Shown here piece after piece: positions 20,230-30,367 of a stretch of 64,000 bases of DNA. The number at the start of each line of letters is the position of its first letter. Within the stretch, counting starts at the first letter, position 1. The notes under the pieces were generated by a model. That model did no database searches. It had not been told where the DNA came from and saw only the letters and a program-made list of their open reading frames with translations. The DNA lies in the NCBI GenBank assembly GCA_965243025.1, contig CBDETY010000003.1, positions 5,408,001 to 5,472,000 on the forward strand, written 5' to 3'. This DNA comes from Candidatus Latescibacterota bacterium. GTDB lineage: Bacteria; Latescibacterota; UBA2968; UBA8231. A program made the translations under genes and the position numbers.

Positions 20230-22203
20230 ATGAGAATCCATCCCTCATTCGCCGGCCTGCTGACATCGCTTTTCGTCCTCTCCGCATATCCGGCTGAAGC
20301 CCTCACCGTGTATCGCATCGGGGGCGAAGACCTTCCGCGTCCCGAAATCGCCGATGAACCGGGCGTCGATTTCGTACAAATCCCGTGGGACGATGTCGAT
20401 GACGACAAGTTCGGCGGCGCCAACCAGGTCGCCACCGAGGGCAGCCTGCAACCGCAGCAGCTCGATCCCAGTGTCAACCTGACGCCGCTGATCCGCGGCC
20501 TGGGGGGCTTCATCAAATCGTCAAATGGGTACGGATGGCGGGACGAAGACCTGCTCGATCTCGCCTTTGACGGCGACTACGACACGGCGTACAGCGGAAT
20601 CGGGAGCGAGTTCTCCCTCAACTGCGGAGACTGGGACGCAGTGCCCAGGTGCAAGGCAATCTGGGTAAAGTTCAACGGCATGTTTCCGATACGGCGCATC
20701 GTTCTGCAGCCCACGCCGGAGCGCGCGACGGAGCGCTTCATCCCCGATTTCCGGATCGGGACCACTGACGCTCCGGTGGAGCGCACGCTGACGACACTCC
20801 AGCTCGACCTGAAGCACGGCGCCAGGGATATGTACGTCGAATGGCGGGATGGGCGTAGAGTCTACTTCGACGAACAGTTCGACGTCCGCGAAAACAGAGA
20901 GCCCCTCATCGACCTCGAGCTTTCCGACAAACCGATATCCGAGTTGATGTTCGTGGCCGAAAGTGCGGTCAACTGGGAAATCGCCGAATTCGAGATTTAC
21001 GGCGACGGCTTCGCTTCGCAGGCGAGTTACTCGACCAACATCATCGACCTGGGGCGCAGCGCCAGCCTCGGCGATCTGACCTGGTCGGGAAGCGTGGACG
21101 ATGGCGCCCATGTCAATCTGACAATGCGCACAGGCGATGACGAAGACCCGAATTTCTACTGGCGTCTGACCTTTCGCGGAGATGAGCGCACCCGCTTCGA
21201 GACCGGCGGAAAAGAGCTGAGCCGCAAAAACTACGGCAGGCTCGAGGGGGGCGAGAAGGCCGGGATCAGTCCCGACACGGAGAACTGGGAATTCTGGAGC
21301 CCGCCGGTGAATTTTGAAAAGGGCGAGGCGGGGATTGTCGCCGACAAGCCCAGGCAGTTTGTGCAGTTCAAAGCCGACTTCACCTCCACGCGGGCCCAGG
21401 CACGTGCCGCGGTGGAGTTCCTCCAGTTCAACGTTTCCAGCCCGCCAGTCGCCAGCCAGGTGCTCGCCGAAATCGCGCCGACTCGAGCGCGCCTGGGCGA
21501 GATCACAACCTTCACCTACAAGATTCTGCCCGAGCTCGACGAAGACAATCTCGGCTTCGACAGCATAGAGATCTCCACGCCGATTGCGCCGGCGAGCGTC
21601 GACGCGGTGCGCATCGGCGCGCAGTCGTTAGGACAGTCCGAGTTCGAAGTCGGGGAGTACGACGGCGAGAGTTTTGTCGTCAAAATTCCGCATATCGACC
21701 TGCAGAGCTCGGGAGAGCTGATTGAAGTCGACTTCCGGAGCGAAGTCTTCAAAGTGGGCACTGTTTTCTCCGGTCGCGTGTTCGACAGCTCGCTGCCGAG
21801 CGAGGTGCGCCAGCGCGTGACCGAGGGAGACGCCGACCCCGTCGCAGAAGGCAACACGCTCAGCGTCGACCAGATGAGTCTCGGCCAGGACGCCATTCGC
21901 GCACTCAGGGTGTCGGCTCTCACACCGAACGGCGACGGCGTCAACGACGTCCTCGAGATCGAATACGACCTGGTGAATCTCTCAGGCGACGTCCCGATCG
22001 CCATCGGGGTGTACGACCTGGCGGGGAGCCAGGTGGCGGAGATAACGGCCGGCAACAGCGGCAGTGGCCGCTTCACCACCACCTGGGACGGCCGCGATGC
22101 CGCGAATGCCGTGCTGCCACCGGGGCTGTACCTGCTGCGTCTGGAAGTCGAGGCGGACCGCGGTACCGACATTGCCATCTCTACCGTACCGATCGTCTAC
22201 TGA
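20230..22203 (+). CDS. Secreted protein with C-terminal 'TPNGDG.ND' + FlgD-Ig domain (T9SS type-B-like tail), class I
   Basis: Signal peptide ending AEA; FDGDYDT jelly-roll-like motif; WEIAEFEIYGDGF; tail LTPNGDGVND...YDLAG...WDGRD...PPGLY. Confidence 0.78.
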   Translation: MRIHPSFAGLLTSLFVLSAYPAEALTVYRIGGEDLPRPEIADEPGVDFVQIPWDDVDDDKFGGANQVATEGSLQPQQLDPSVNLTPLIRGLGGFIKSSNGYGWRDEDLLDLAFDGDYDTAYSGIGSEFSLNCGDWDAVPRCKAIWVKFNGMFPIRRIVLQPTPERATERFIPDFRIGTTDAPVERTLTTLQLDLKHGARDMYVEWRDGRRVYFDEQFDVRENREPLIDLELSDKPISELMFVAESAVNWEIAEFEIYGDGFASQASYSTNIIDLGRSASLGDLTWSGSVDDGAHVNLTMRTGDDEDPNFYWRLTFRGDERTRFETGGKELSRKNYGRLEGGEKAGISPDTENWEFWSPPVNFEKGEAGIVADKPRQFVQFKADFTSTRAQARAAVEFLQFNVSSPPVASQVLAEIAPTRARLGEITTFTYKILPELDEDNLGFDSIEISTPIAPASVDAVRIGAQSLGQSEFEVGEYDGESFVVKIPHIDLQSSGELIEVDFRSEVFKVGTVFSGRVFDSSLPSEVRQRVTEGDADPVAEGNTLSVDQMSLGQDAIRALRVSALTPNGDGVNDVLEIEYDLVNLSGDVPIAIGVYDLAGSQVAEITAGNSGSGRFTTTWDGRDAANAVLPPGLYLLRLEVEADRGTDIAISTVPIVY

Positions 22204-22295
22204 GCTGTCCATGAACCTCCCCAATAGGTTCACATGGCGCACGAGCGGTGTAAGCCCGTGCGCCATTGTTCTTCCAAGAGACAACTGACTCGCTC

Positions 22296-23939
22296 ATGCA
22301 CTATCCCGTTTTCTCCGCCGCATGCGCGACGTTTCTCACGCTGGTGAATCCCTGTACTCCTGCCGTCGGGCAAGTGGCCGTGCTGGCGACGGTGGGGCAG
22401 GAGCAAATCGTCCCCGAAGATCTGAGAAGATTCGCCAGCTCACTTCCCCAGGGGTTTAAGCAGAGCAAAACGGGATTCGCCGCCGACAGCCTGTTGCTCG
22501 AGAGCCTCATCGACAGGACGGTGTTGGTAAAGGAGGCCGAAAATGCCGGTATCGACGACGAGCCCTGGCTCGATGTGCACATGCAGCGCTACGAGCGCGA
22601 GCAGGTACTCCTGCTCTACAAGCGTCTGGAGGTCAACGGCAAGGTCGAGATCACCGAAGAGGAGCTCATGGCGCAGTTCAAAGCCTCCGGCAGGGATCGC
22701 GCTTTGCGCATCGCCGGCATCCTGGTCGAGACCGAAGAGGAGGCGGCGCAGCTGAGAAGCGAGATTCTGGCAGGAGCTGACTTCGCCCAGCTTGCCAGAG
22801 AGCGATCGCTGTACGAGGAGGCGCGCGATCGCGGAGGGGACATGGGCCGCTACATGAGGAAGGACGAGACCTCGGGATTCCTCAAGGAAGCGGTGTTTGC
22901 CCTCGAGCCGGGAGAGATCACGCAGCCGCTGCGCTTCCTCTACGGGAAGAAGTGGCGCTACACCATCATCAAGATACTCGACGAGATCCCCGTGCCTTTG
23001 AGCGATGTCGAGAACCGGGTCGCCGAACAGGTCTTCGGCCGCAAGCGCGTGGCGCGCCAACAAGCACTGAGCGACTCGCTGCGATCGGAGTACGCGCCGC
23101 GCATTCACCGCGACAACCTCGAAGCCTTTCTCGGGTCTCGCGGCATGAGCGTCGACGAGCTCAAGGCCCTCGGCAAACGACCGCTGTGCAGCTACCGGGG
23201 CGGCCGGGTCACGGTGAACGACTTCTGGATGTTCGTACCCGAAGGCAAGAGAGACCCCGAGCGCTTGAAGGGCGTCGATCCATTCGCCGATTTCCTGCTC
23301 GAGGTCGTGGTGCCCTCACAGCTGTTCATCGAGGAGGCCCGTGCGGCCGGCTTATACGAGAACGCCAAAGTACTCGCCAAGGTCGAAGCAGAGAGGTACT
23401 CGGCGATGCTCGACACGCTGCGCATTCGCAGGGTCGACAGTCAGGTCACGGTCAGCGACGACGAGGTGCGCACCTTCTACCGCGACCACCCCGATCTGTT
23501 CATGTCCCTGGAAGAACTGGTTGTGAATGAAGTTCTCGTCGGCTCGCTGGAAGAAGCGCGGTGGATCCGCGCCCGGGCCGAGGCGGGCGATAGCATGGCG
23601 GAACTGGCGCAGGAGTACACCCTGCACGAAGAGATGGCCGACCACGATGGCACGGTGAAGATCAGCAAGTACAGCCATCACAGACAGCTGTACGAAGCCG
23701 CCAAGGGGGCGGACCCGGGGTCGGTGCACGGGCCCGTGAAGACCGGGGAGGGTTTTTCGGTATTCAAGGTGCGCGAGCGCACGGAATCGACGCTCAAACC
23801 CCTGAACCAGATCGAATACCGCCGCGCCAAGGCATTCGTCAAGATCCGCAAGCGCAAACTCGCCTATGTCGAGTACGTGCGCGAGTTGAGGGGCCAGTAC
23901 GAGGTAGCGGTATTCCACGATCGCCTGCGGCAATTGTAG
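22296..23939 (+). CDS. Parvulin-type peptidyl-prolyl isomerase chaperone (SurA/PrsA/PpiD-like) with two rotamase domains
   Basis: VLATVGQEQI; ILVETEEEA...GADFAQLARERS...GGDMG...VFALEPGEITQP; second domain VLVGSLEEA...GPVKTGEGFSVFKV. Confidence 0.85.
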   Translation: MHYPVFSAACATFLTLVNPCTPAVGQVAVLATVGQEQIVPEDLRRFASSLPQGFKQSKTGFAADSLLLESLIDRTVLVKEAENAGIDDEPWLDVHMQRYEREQVLLLYKRLEVNGKVEITEEELMAQFKASGRDRALRIAGILVETEEEAAQLRSEILAGADFAQLARERSLYEEARDRGGDMGRYMRKDETSGFLKEAVFALEPGEITQPLRFLYGKKWRYTIIKILDEIPVPLSDVENRVAEQVFGRKRVARQQALSDSLRSEYAPRIHRDNLEAFLGSRGMSVDELKALGKRPLCSYRGGRVTVNDFWMFVPEGKRDPERLKGVDPFADFLLEVVVPSQLFIEEARAAGLYENAKVLAKVEAERYSAMLDTLRIRRVDSQVTVSDDEVRTFYRDHPDLFMSLEELVVNEVLVGSLEEARWIRARAEAGDSMAELAQEYTLHEEMADHDGTVKISKYSHHRQLYEAAKGADPGSVHGPVKTGEGFSVFKVRERTESTLKPLNQIEYRRAKAFVKIRKRKLAYVEYVRELRGQYEVAVFHDRLRQL

Positions 23940-24019
23940 CCACATAACCCGTGACAGAACAGTGCGTTATCGACGAGCAGTCGCGGCTTGTCAAAGCCTG
24001 ACAAATCAACGACTTTGTA

Positions 24020-25108
24020 CTAGTGTTGTGTCGCAGAGATTCGTTCGCAAAGTCTCTTGATTTTCGCAAGGATGGAATCGGCCGTAGCCGTCCAGACGAA
24101 CGGGTGTGCGTTGGCGTTCCATTTGGCCGTGTAGCGTTCGATCCGCCCGATGAGCTCTGACACCTTACGGAACGAGTCCCGGCGAAGAGCTTGGCGGGTA
24201 ATGATGCTGAACCAAATCTCCACTTGGTTGAGCCACGAAGCATAGGTGGGGGTGTAGTGAACGTGAAATCGAGGCCGCCGTGCCAGCCATCGCTTGACCT
24301 TGGCATGCTTATGCGTGGCGTAGTTGTCGACGACAAGATGAATATCCAGGTCAGCGGGGACGTTGGCCTCAATGTGGCGCAGGAACTGGAGGAACTCCTG
24401 GTGACGATGACGAGACTTGCACTGGGTCATCACGGCGCCGGTGGCGATGTCCAGTGCGGCGAACAGGGTGGTGGTGCCATGCCGCTTGTAGTCGTGCGTT
24501 ACCCCTTCCACGTATCCCAGTCCCAGGGGCAGCATGGGCTGACTTCGTTCCAACGCCTGGATCTGGCTCTTCTCGTCCACGCACAGCACCATGGCGTGCT
24601 CGGGGGGATTCAGGTATAAGCCGACGATATCCCGTACTTTGTCGACAAAGAAAGGATCGGTGGAAAGCTTGAAGTGCTTGTGTCGGTGGGGCTGCAAACC
24701 ATACGTGCGCCAAATGCGATGAACGGCATCCTTGGTCAGGCCGGTTTCCTCGCCCATGGAGCGCAGCGACCACTGGGTTTGGTCTTTGGGCTTGGTCTTC
24801 AGGGTCTTGTATACCACCTCGGCTACCTGCTCGTCCGTGATCGATCGCGGCGCCCCTGAGCGCAGCTCATCATACAAGCCTTGGAGCCCGTTTTCGAGAA
24901 AGCGCCGGCGCCACTTGCCGACCGTAGCACGCGTCACACCCACCGCGGCCGCGACGGCTTCATTGGGCCAGCCTTCGGCGGCCAGCAGAATAATCTCGGC
25001 TCGCCGCACCAACCCGTGGGAAAGGCTCCGTGATTTGGCCATCGATTCCAATCGTTCCCGGTCCGACGGACTCAGCTCTAACGGCGTTAATGGACGCCCC
25101 GTCACCAT
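24020..25108 (-). CDS. IS630-family transposase
   Basis: HTH N-terminus; [51 protein letters not shown]. Confidence 0.95.
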   Translation of the reverse strand: MVTGRPLTPLELSPSDRERLESMAKSRSLSHGLVRRAEIILLAAEGWPNEAVAAAVGVTRATVGKWRRRFLENGLQGLYDELRSGAPRSITDEQVAEVVYKTLKTKPKDQTQWSLRSMGEETGLTKDAVHRIWRTYGLQPHRHKHFKLSTDPFFVDKVRDIVGLYLNPPEHAMVLCVDEKSQIQALERSQPMLPLGLGYVEGVTHDYKRHGTTTLFAALDIATGAVMTQCKSRHRHQEFLQFLRHIEANVPADLDIHLVVDNYATHKHAKVKRWLARRPRFHVHYTPTYASWLNQVEIWFSIITRQALRRDSFRKVSELIGRIERYTAKWNANAHPFVWTATADSILAKIKRLCERISATQH

Positions 25109-25193
25109 AGGTCTCTCCTTTCAGAAAGAGGATCAAGAGAAACCTACGGCACCTTCAATTGTTTGTACAGTTACTTACACGACAGGACACTAG
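24020..25193 (-). mobile_element. IS630-family insertion sequence, copy 1
   Basis: 1174 bp bounded by CTAG on both sides; imperfect IRs TAGTGTccTGTCG / TAGTGTtgTGTCG; no difference seen from 28699-29872. Confidence 0.95.
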
Positions 25194-25235
25194 TTGAGTA
25201 CCCGCATCGGTGTCTCGACCAATCGGAGAGTGAAC

Positions 25236-27908
25236 ATGCGCAGAACCATCGCGATCTGCGGAGCGCTCGTGCTGCTCAGCTCGAGTGACAGTGTCCGGGC
25301 CCAGCAGGGCCATGCAGTGGGGGCCAATCAGGTTGTCGTCGAGCGGACTTCACAATGGCAGCAGTGGGAGTTCCCCTCCAACACGATCGACATCACGGCC
25401 GAGGGCGTGACCCCGCATTTCTGGCGCACCGACACCAATGCGATGCTGGAAATCGTCGACAACCTCCGCGCCAACCCCCCGTCGGCCCTGGCCAGCAAGA
25501 AACCCGAAGACATCACGGTACTCGACGCCATCGAGGCGGTGACGAATCGCGAGGACGTCGTCAACCTCTTTGACGGCGACATGACCACGTACTGGGAGCC
25601 CGAATTCCCCGAGAACGAGTCGACGGAGCTCAGCAATGTATGGTGGTTTACCATAGACCTAGGGCGGGTCGTGCTCGCCAAGAAGATCGTCCTGCGCTTC
25701 GTCGACGAAGAGATGGGCGACCCCTTTCTGATGTTCGAAGTCCTAACCTCCGACGGTCAGAAGCCCGTGAAGGCCCTGGCCGGCAAGACCCTGGAGTACT
25801 CGCGCATATTCCGCACCCTGCAGCCCAACAAGACGCAGCGGGAGTTCGAGTTCGATTTAACAGGGCTGTCGGGTGGTACCCTCGGTGAGGCCGGTGCGTC
25901 TCAGAGCTTCACGCCGGGCGAGGGGCGCAAACGCGTGGTGCGTCTGCTCCAGGTTAAGGTCAACGAGAGCGGTCTCCGGCGCGGGCGCGAGATCAGCCAG
26001 GAGGAGTACGAGCAGCTGCGCGTGGATGCGCCAGGCGATACCGGGTTCGTCGAGTACAACAAACTGCTGTCGACAGGCGGAGAGCTGCCGGTTTCGAAGA
26101 CGATCTACGACAAGCTCGACGACGACCGCAAAGGGGCAATTCGCCACTTCCGGCGCGAGCGGCCGCGACTGGCTGAGCTGGAGGTCTGGGGAGAAGGGGA
26201 CGACGTGTTCGCAGGTACCATCAATCGCGGGGGGACCATCACCGCCACCGATGGCGGGGAATTCGACGCCAGGGTCTTGATCGACTCGGATATCCTGAGC
26301 AATCTCCCCCTCCAAGTGTTGATACCACTTACCGAGGCCACCCTCATCGGCAACATCAGGCAGGAGGATGTGTTCGCCGATCTCGGTGGCTTCTTCTGGA
26401 TCGATCGACAACGGATGACGGTCAATTTCAGGCCTTCGGAACACTCGGGCACATGGGGCGAGTACTGGCTGGATTTCTCCGACGGCTCCCGCCAGATCGA
26501 CGGCAGCCTGAAGTGGATCACGAAGGGGTACAGCAACGAGATACCGGCGTCGGGCAACGTCGAGTCAGTGCAGGCGCACATACGCACCTACTACCACGAC
26601 TTCGAGCCGATCAAGGCGAGGTTCATGCGCGTCCACTACACAGCCAGTGGAGATTACCCCCGGGGGCCCAGTACGGTCTACCTGAGCGACATCCAACTGT
26701 TCGGAGAGGGATTTCAGCCGGAAGTCTCGATGACATCGGATCTCATTCGCCTGGGGGGAACGCGCAACCTGTCGACGATCGAGTGGGACGCCGACGCGCC
26801 TCCGGGGACGCGCGTGCTGCTGCAGACGCGCACGGGCAGCACGCTCGATACCCTGCTGCACTACTTCAAGAAAGACGGCACCGAAGTCACCGAAGCGCAG
26901 TACAACAAGATCCGCATCAAGTCGCAGAAAGGGGACATCGTCCCCGAAGAGGTGGCGAGCGCCGACTGGGAGCCGTGGAGCGCGCCCTATGAGCTCGCCG
27001 CCGGCAGCAGCATCACCTCGCCGTCGCCGCGCGAGTTCATGAAGATTCGGGCTACGCTGCTGTCCGATGATCCCAAGGCGCGCGCGCAGCTGCGATCGAT
27101 TCGCGTGAACTTCGCCAGCCCGCTGGCCACGAAACTCGAAGGTCGCGTGCTGCCGACCCGCGTCGACTCCCTCGGAGTAGACCGACTATTTTCGCTGATC
27201 GTCGACCTCGAATCGCTCGAGCGCGGGTTCGACGAGGTGCTGGTCCAGCCGCCGGCGGGCCTGGAGCTGTCCTTCGATCCCGCCAGCGAGTCGCTGTACG
27301 CGGGCATGACGGGCGATTTCGACGAGGGGTCCGATATGACGACCCTGGCTGACGTGCGCGTGCTGACACAGGGCGACACCCTGCACCTGGCCTTTCCCGA
27401 GGTCGGCGAAGCCGAGGTGCTGCGAGTCGACTTTCGCGGCAAGCTGTTTTCCTCGGGTGGTCGCATGCGCGCCTCGCTGCGCAGCTCGGAGGGGTCCGGG
27501 TTATGGCAGCACGTAGACGAGCAGGTATCGCGCAGCTCCATGCAGCTCGTGGCGCTGCCGGAGCGCAAGGAATTGTTCCTCGATCTGACGATCACTCCCC
27601 GGGTTTTCTCGCCCAACGGAGACGGGATCAACGACGAGACGGTCATGGATTTCACTCTGGTCCTCGTCGGGGCCAGTACACCGGTGGAAGCGGAGATCTT
27701 CGATCTCACCGGCCGGCAAGTCCGGCGTCTCGAGCAGCAGCGGGCAGTGAGCACGGGGCGGTATTCGATTCCCTGGGACGGAAAAGACGAGGCGGGCAAC
27801 ACGCTGCCGCCGGGAGTGTACGCGGTGCGCCTGAGTCTCGACGCCGACACAGATGGCACGGGCATCTCGCGGCGCGAGGTCATGCGTACGATCGCGCTCG
27901 GCTACTGA
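25236..27908 (+). CDS. Secreted protein with C-terminal 'SPNGDGIND' + FlgD-Ig domain, class II
   Basis: GGAGAG RBS, signal peptide ending VRA; FDGDMTTYWEP...WWFTIDLG; IQLFGEGF; WEPWSAPY...ITSPSPR; tail FSPNGDGIND...WDGKDEAG..LPPGVY. Confidence 0.78.
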   Translation: MRRTIAICGALVLLSSSDSVRAQQGHAVGANQVVVERTSQWQQWEFPSNTIDITAEGVTPHFWRTDTNAMLEIVDNLRANPPSALASKKPEDITVLDAIEAVTNREDVVNLFDGDMTTYWEPEFPENESTELSNVWWFTIDLGRVVLAKKIVLRFVDEEMGDPFLMFEVLTSDGQKPVKALAGKTLEYSRIFRTLQPNKTQREFEFDLTGLSGGTLGEAGASQSFTPGEGRKRVVRLLQVKVNESGLRRGREISQEEYEQLRVDAPGDTGFVEYNKLLSTGGELPVSKTIYDKLDDDRKGAIRHFRRERPRLAELEVWGEGDDVFAGTINRGGTITATDGGEFDARVLIDSDILSNLPLQVLIPLTEATLIGNIRQEDVFADLGGFFWIDRQRMTVNFRPSEHSGTWGEYWLDFSDGSRQIDGSLKWITKGYSNEIPASGNVESVQAHIRTYYHDFEPIKARFMRVHYTASGDYPRGPSTVYLSDIQLFGEGFQPEVSMTSDLIRLGGTRNLSTIEWDADAPPGTRVLLQTRTGSTLDTLLHYFKKDGTEVTEAQYNKIRIKSQKGDIVPEEVASADWEPWSAPYELAAGSSITSPSPREFMKIRATLLSDDPKARAQLRSIRVNFASPLATKLEGRVLPTRVDSLGVDRLFSLIVDLESLERGFDEVLVQPPAGLELSFDPASESLYAGMTGDFDEGSDMTTLADVRVLTQGDTLHLAFPEVGEAEVLRVDFRGKLFSSGGRMRASLRSSEGSGLWQHVDEQVSRSSMQLVALPERKELFLDLTITPRVFSPNGDGINDETVMDFTLVLVGASTPVEAEIFDLTGRQVRRLEQQRAVSTGRYSIPWDGKDEAGNTLPPGVYAVRLSLDADTDGTGISRREVMRTIALGY

Positions 27909-27918
27909 GAGTTTTCCC

Positions 27919-28510
27919 ATGAGAGCGAGCCCTCCGAGGCCGCTCGCCTGCGCACTGCTCTGCTGCGTGCTGACCGTGCCCGCATGGGCGCAAAGCGGGC
28001 ATGTCGTGCGCGCTGGTCAAGTGGTCGTCGAGAGGCAGCAACACTGGGAGAACTGGGAGTTCCCTCAGGGCACATTGGACATCTCGGCGGCGGGCGGGGT
28101 AACCCCGCACCGCTGGCGCAAGAACACCGACGCGGTGCTCGATATCGTCGAGAATCTGCGCCGCAACCCCCCGCAGTACCTCTCCAACAAAAAGCCCGAA
28201 GAGATCGAGCTGCTCGACGCCATCCAGGCGGGCTCGAACCGCGAAGATGTCGTCCATCTCTTCGACGGCGACATGACCACGTACTGAGAACCGAACCCGC
28301 CCAGCGGCGACGCCGACATAGCCACACAGTGGTGGTTCACCGTCGATCTCGGACAGCTCGCACTGACCCGCAAGATCGTCCTGCGTTTCGTCGACGAGGA
28401 GCTCGGAGATCCCTTCCTGCTGTTCGACGTGCTGACGTCCGACGGGCAGAAGCCGGTGTCGGCCCTCACCTCGAATGCGCTGGATTACGAACGTGTGTAC
28501 CAGACGATCC
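27919..28510 (+). pseudogene. Truncated paralog of the class II FlgD-Ig protein
   Basis: Colinear with the N-terminus of the 25236 gene; in-frame TGA at 28285 where the paralog has Trp (TTYWEP); homology ends ~28510. Confidence 0.85.
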
Positions 28511-28698
28511 GCGGCCCTCGACCGCAGCGGTCAGGCGGACGACACGCTGGTGGTGTTCAGCTCGGACCACGGCGATCTGCTGGGCAACCACGGGATGTTC
28601 CTGAAAAGCTGGATGCCGTACGAGGAAGCGCACCGCATCCCGATGGTGGCGCGCTGGCCCGGCAACATTCCGGCGGGCAGCAGAGCGAATCAACTCGT
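28511..28698 (+). pseudogene. Internal sulfatase fragment
   Basis: AALDRSGQADDTLVVFSSDHGDLLGNHGMFLK..MPYEEAHRIPMVARWPG; cut by IS630. Confidence 0.8.
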
Positions 28699-29872
28699 CT
28701 AGTGTCCTGTCGTGTAAGTAACTGTACAAACAATTGAAGGTGCCGTAGGTTTCTCTTGATCCTCTTTCTGAAAGGAGAGACCTATGGTGACGGGGCGTCC
28801 ATTAACGCCGTTAGAGCTGAGTCCGTCGGACCGGGAACGATTGGAATCGATGGCCAAATCACGGAGCCTTTCCCACGGGTTGGTGCGGCGAGCCGAGATT
28901 ATTCTGCTGGCCGCCGAAGGCTGGCCCAATGAAGCCGTCGCGGCCGCGGTGGGTGTGACGCGTGCTACGGTCGGCAAGTGGCGCCGGCGCTTTCTCGAAA
29001 ACGGGCTCCAAGGCTTGTATGATGAGCTGCGCTCAGGGGCGCCGCGATCGATCACGGACGAGCAGGTAGCCGAGGTGGTATACAAGACCCTGAAGACCAA
29101 GCCCAAAGACCAAACCCAGTGGTCGCTGCGCTCCATGGGCGAGGAAACCGGCCTGACCAAGGATGCCGTTCATCGCATTTGGCGCACGTATGGTTTGCAG
29201 CCCCACCGACACAAGCACTTCAAGCTTTCCACCGATCCTTTCTTTGTCGACAAAGTACGGGATATCGTCGGCTTATACCTGAATCCCCCCGAGCACGCCA
29301 TGGTGCTGTGCGTGGACGAGAAGAGCCAGATCCAGGCGTTGGAACGAAGTCAGCCCATGCTGCCCCTGGGACTGGGATACGTGGAAGGGGTAACGCACGA
29401 CTACAAGCGGCATGGCACCACCACCCTGTTCGCCGCACTGGACATCGCCACCGGCGCCGTGATGACCCAGTGCAAGTCTCGTCATCGTCACCAGGAGTTC
29501 CTCCAGTTCCTGCGCCACATTGAGGCCAACGTCCCCGCTGACCTGGATATTCATCTTGTCGTCGACAACTACGCCACGCATAAGCATGCCAAGGTCAAGC
29601 GATGGCTGGCACGGCGGCCTCGATTTCACGTTCACTACACCCCCACCTATGCTTCGTGGCTCAACCAAGTGGAGATTTGGTTCAGCATCATTACCCGCCA
29701 AGCTCTTCGCCGGGACTCGTTCCGTAAGGTGTCAGAGCTCATCGGGCGGATCGAACGCTACACGGCCAAATGGAACGCCAACGCACACCCGTTCGTCTGG
29801 ACGGCTACGGCCGATTCCATCCTTGCGAAAATCAAGAGACTTTGCGAACGAATCTCTGCGACACAACACTAG
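28699..29872 (+). mobile_element. IS630-family insertion sequence, copy 2 (inverted relative to copy 1)
   Basis: Same 1174 bp element with CTAG at both ends. Confidence 0.95.
28784..29872 (+). CDS. IS630-family transposase
   Basis: 362 aa, identical translation to 24020-25108; AAGGAG RBS. Confidence 0.95.
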   Translation: MVTGRPLTPLELSPSDRERLESMAKSRSLSHGLVRRAEIILLAAEGWPNEAVAAAVGVTRATVGKWRRRFLENGLQGLYDELRSGAPRSITDEQVAEVVYKTLKTKPKDQTQWSLRSMGEETGLTKDAVHRIWRTYGLQPHRHKHFKLSTDPFFVDKVRDIVGLYLNPPEHAMVLCVDEKSQIQALERSQPMLPLGLGYVEGVTHDYKRHGTTTLFAALDIATGAVMTQCKSRHRHQEFLQFLRHIEANVPADLDIHLVVDNYATHKHAKVKRWLARRPRFHVHYTPTYASWLNQVEIWFSIITRQALRRDSFRKVSELIGRIERYTAKWNANAHPFVWTATADSILAKIKRLCERISATQH

Positions 29873-30223
29873 GTCGACAGCGCGGCGGAAATAGGAAGCC
29901 GCCACGTCGATCTGGTTGCGCCGGAAGGCCAGCAGTCCGAGGCCTTCGTAACAGCGGGCGTAGTTCGGGTCCAGCGCCAGCGCCGTGCGGTAGCCCGCTT
30001 CGGCGTCGTCGTGGCGGCCGAGACGGGCGTGCACGACAGCGAGATTGTAATGGGCGCTGGCATCTCGCGGGTTTTGTGCCGCCCATTCCGAGCGTTCGCG
30101 AAGAAGGGATTGCGCCTTGCTGTCGACCTCGGTCTGAACCGAAGGCGACTCCTCATCGCGAGCGCACCCGGTCCACCCGAGCAACACTATCCATATGGGC
30201 AGTAACATACTACGGTTATTCAC
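29873..30223 (-). pseudogene. TPR lipoprotein gene truncated by IS630
   Basis: Lipobox-like WTGC; AHYNLAVVHARLGRHDDAEAGYRTALALDPNY; reading frame runs into the IS end. Confidence 0.8.
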
Positions 30224-30261
30224 AGCTTTGAAATACTTAATTCACAGCTTTGAAATGCTTG
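30217..30261. promoter_or_regulatory. Direct repeat (period 22 bp), candidate regulator site in a divergent promoter region
   Basis: attcacagctttgaaat occurs twice in an AT-rich patch between divergent genes. Confidence 0.5.
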
Positions 30262-30367
30262 ACGACCCGAGACCGAAGCCGTTGTTTACCCAGAAAATCT
30301 CGCGGAAATCGAGATACATCACAACTTCCGAGCGTTGCGCTAGCTCCGCGAAGCGAGGTCCCTGGCG

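Noticed and set aside
28285-28287. In-frame TGA at a conserved Trp position (possible recoding or alternative genetic code)
   Set aside because: Other genes use TGG for Trp and TGA as stop, and the gene is truncated shortly afterwards; a nonsense mutation is simpler
24020-29872. IS630 composite transposon, or a past inversion explaining the flanks
   Set aside because: CTAG occurs at every end so it is uninformative; re-joining the flanks as an inversion does not restore the TPR gene; gene orientation inside matches outside
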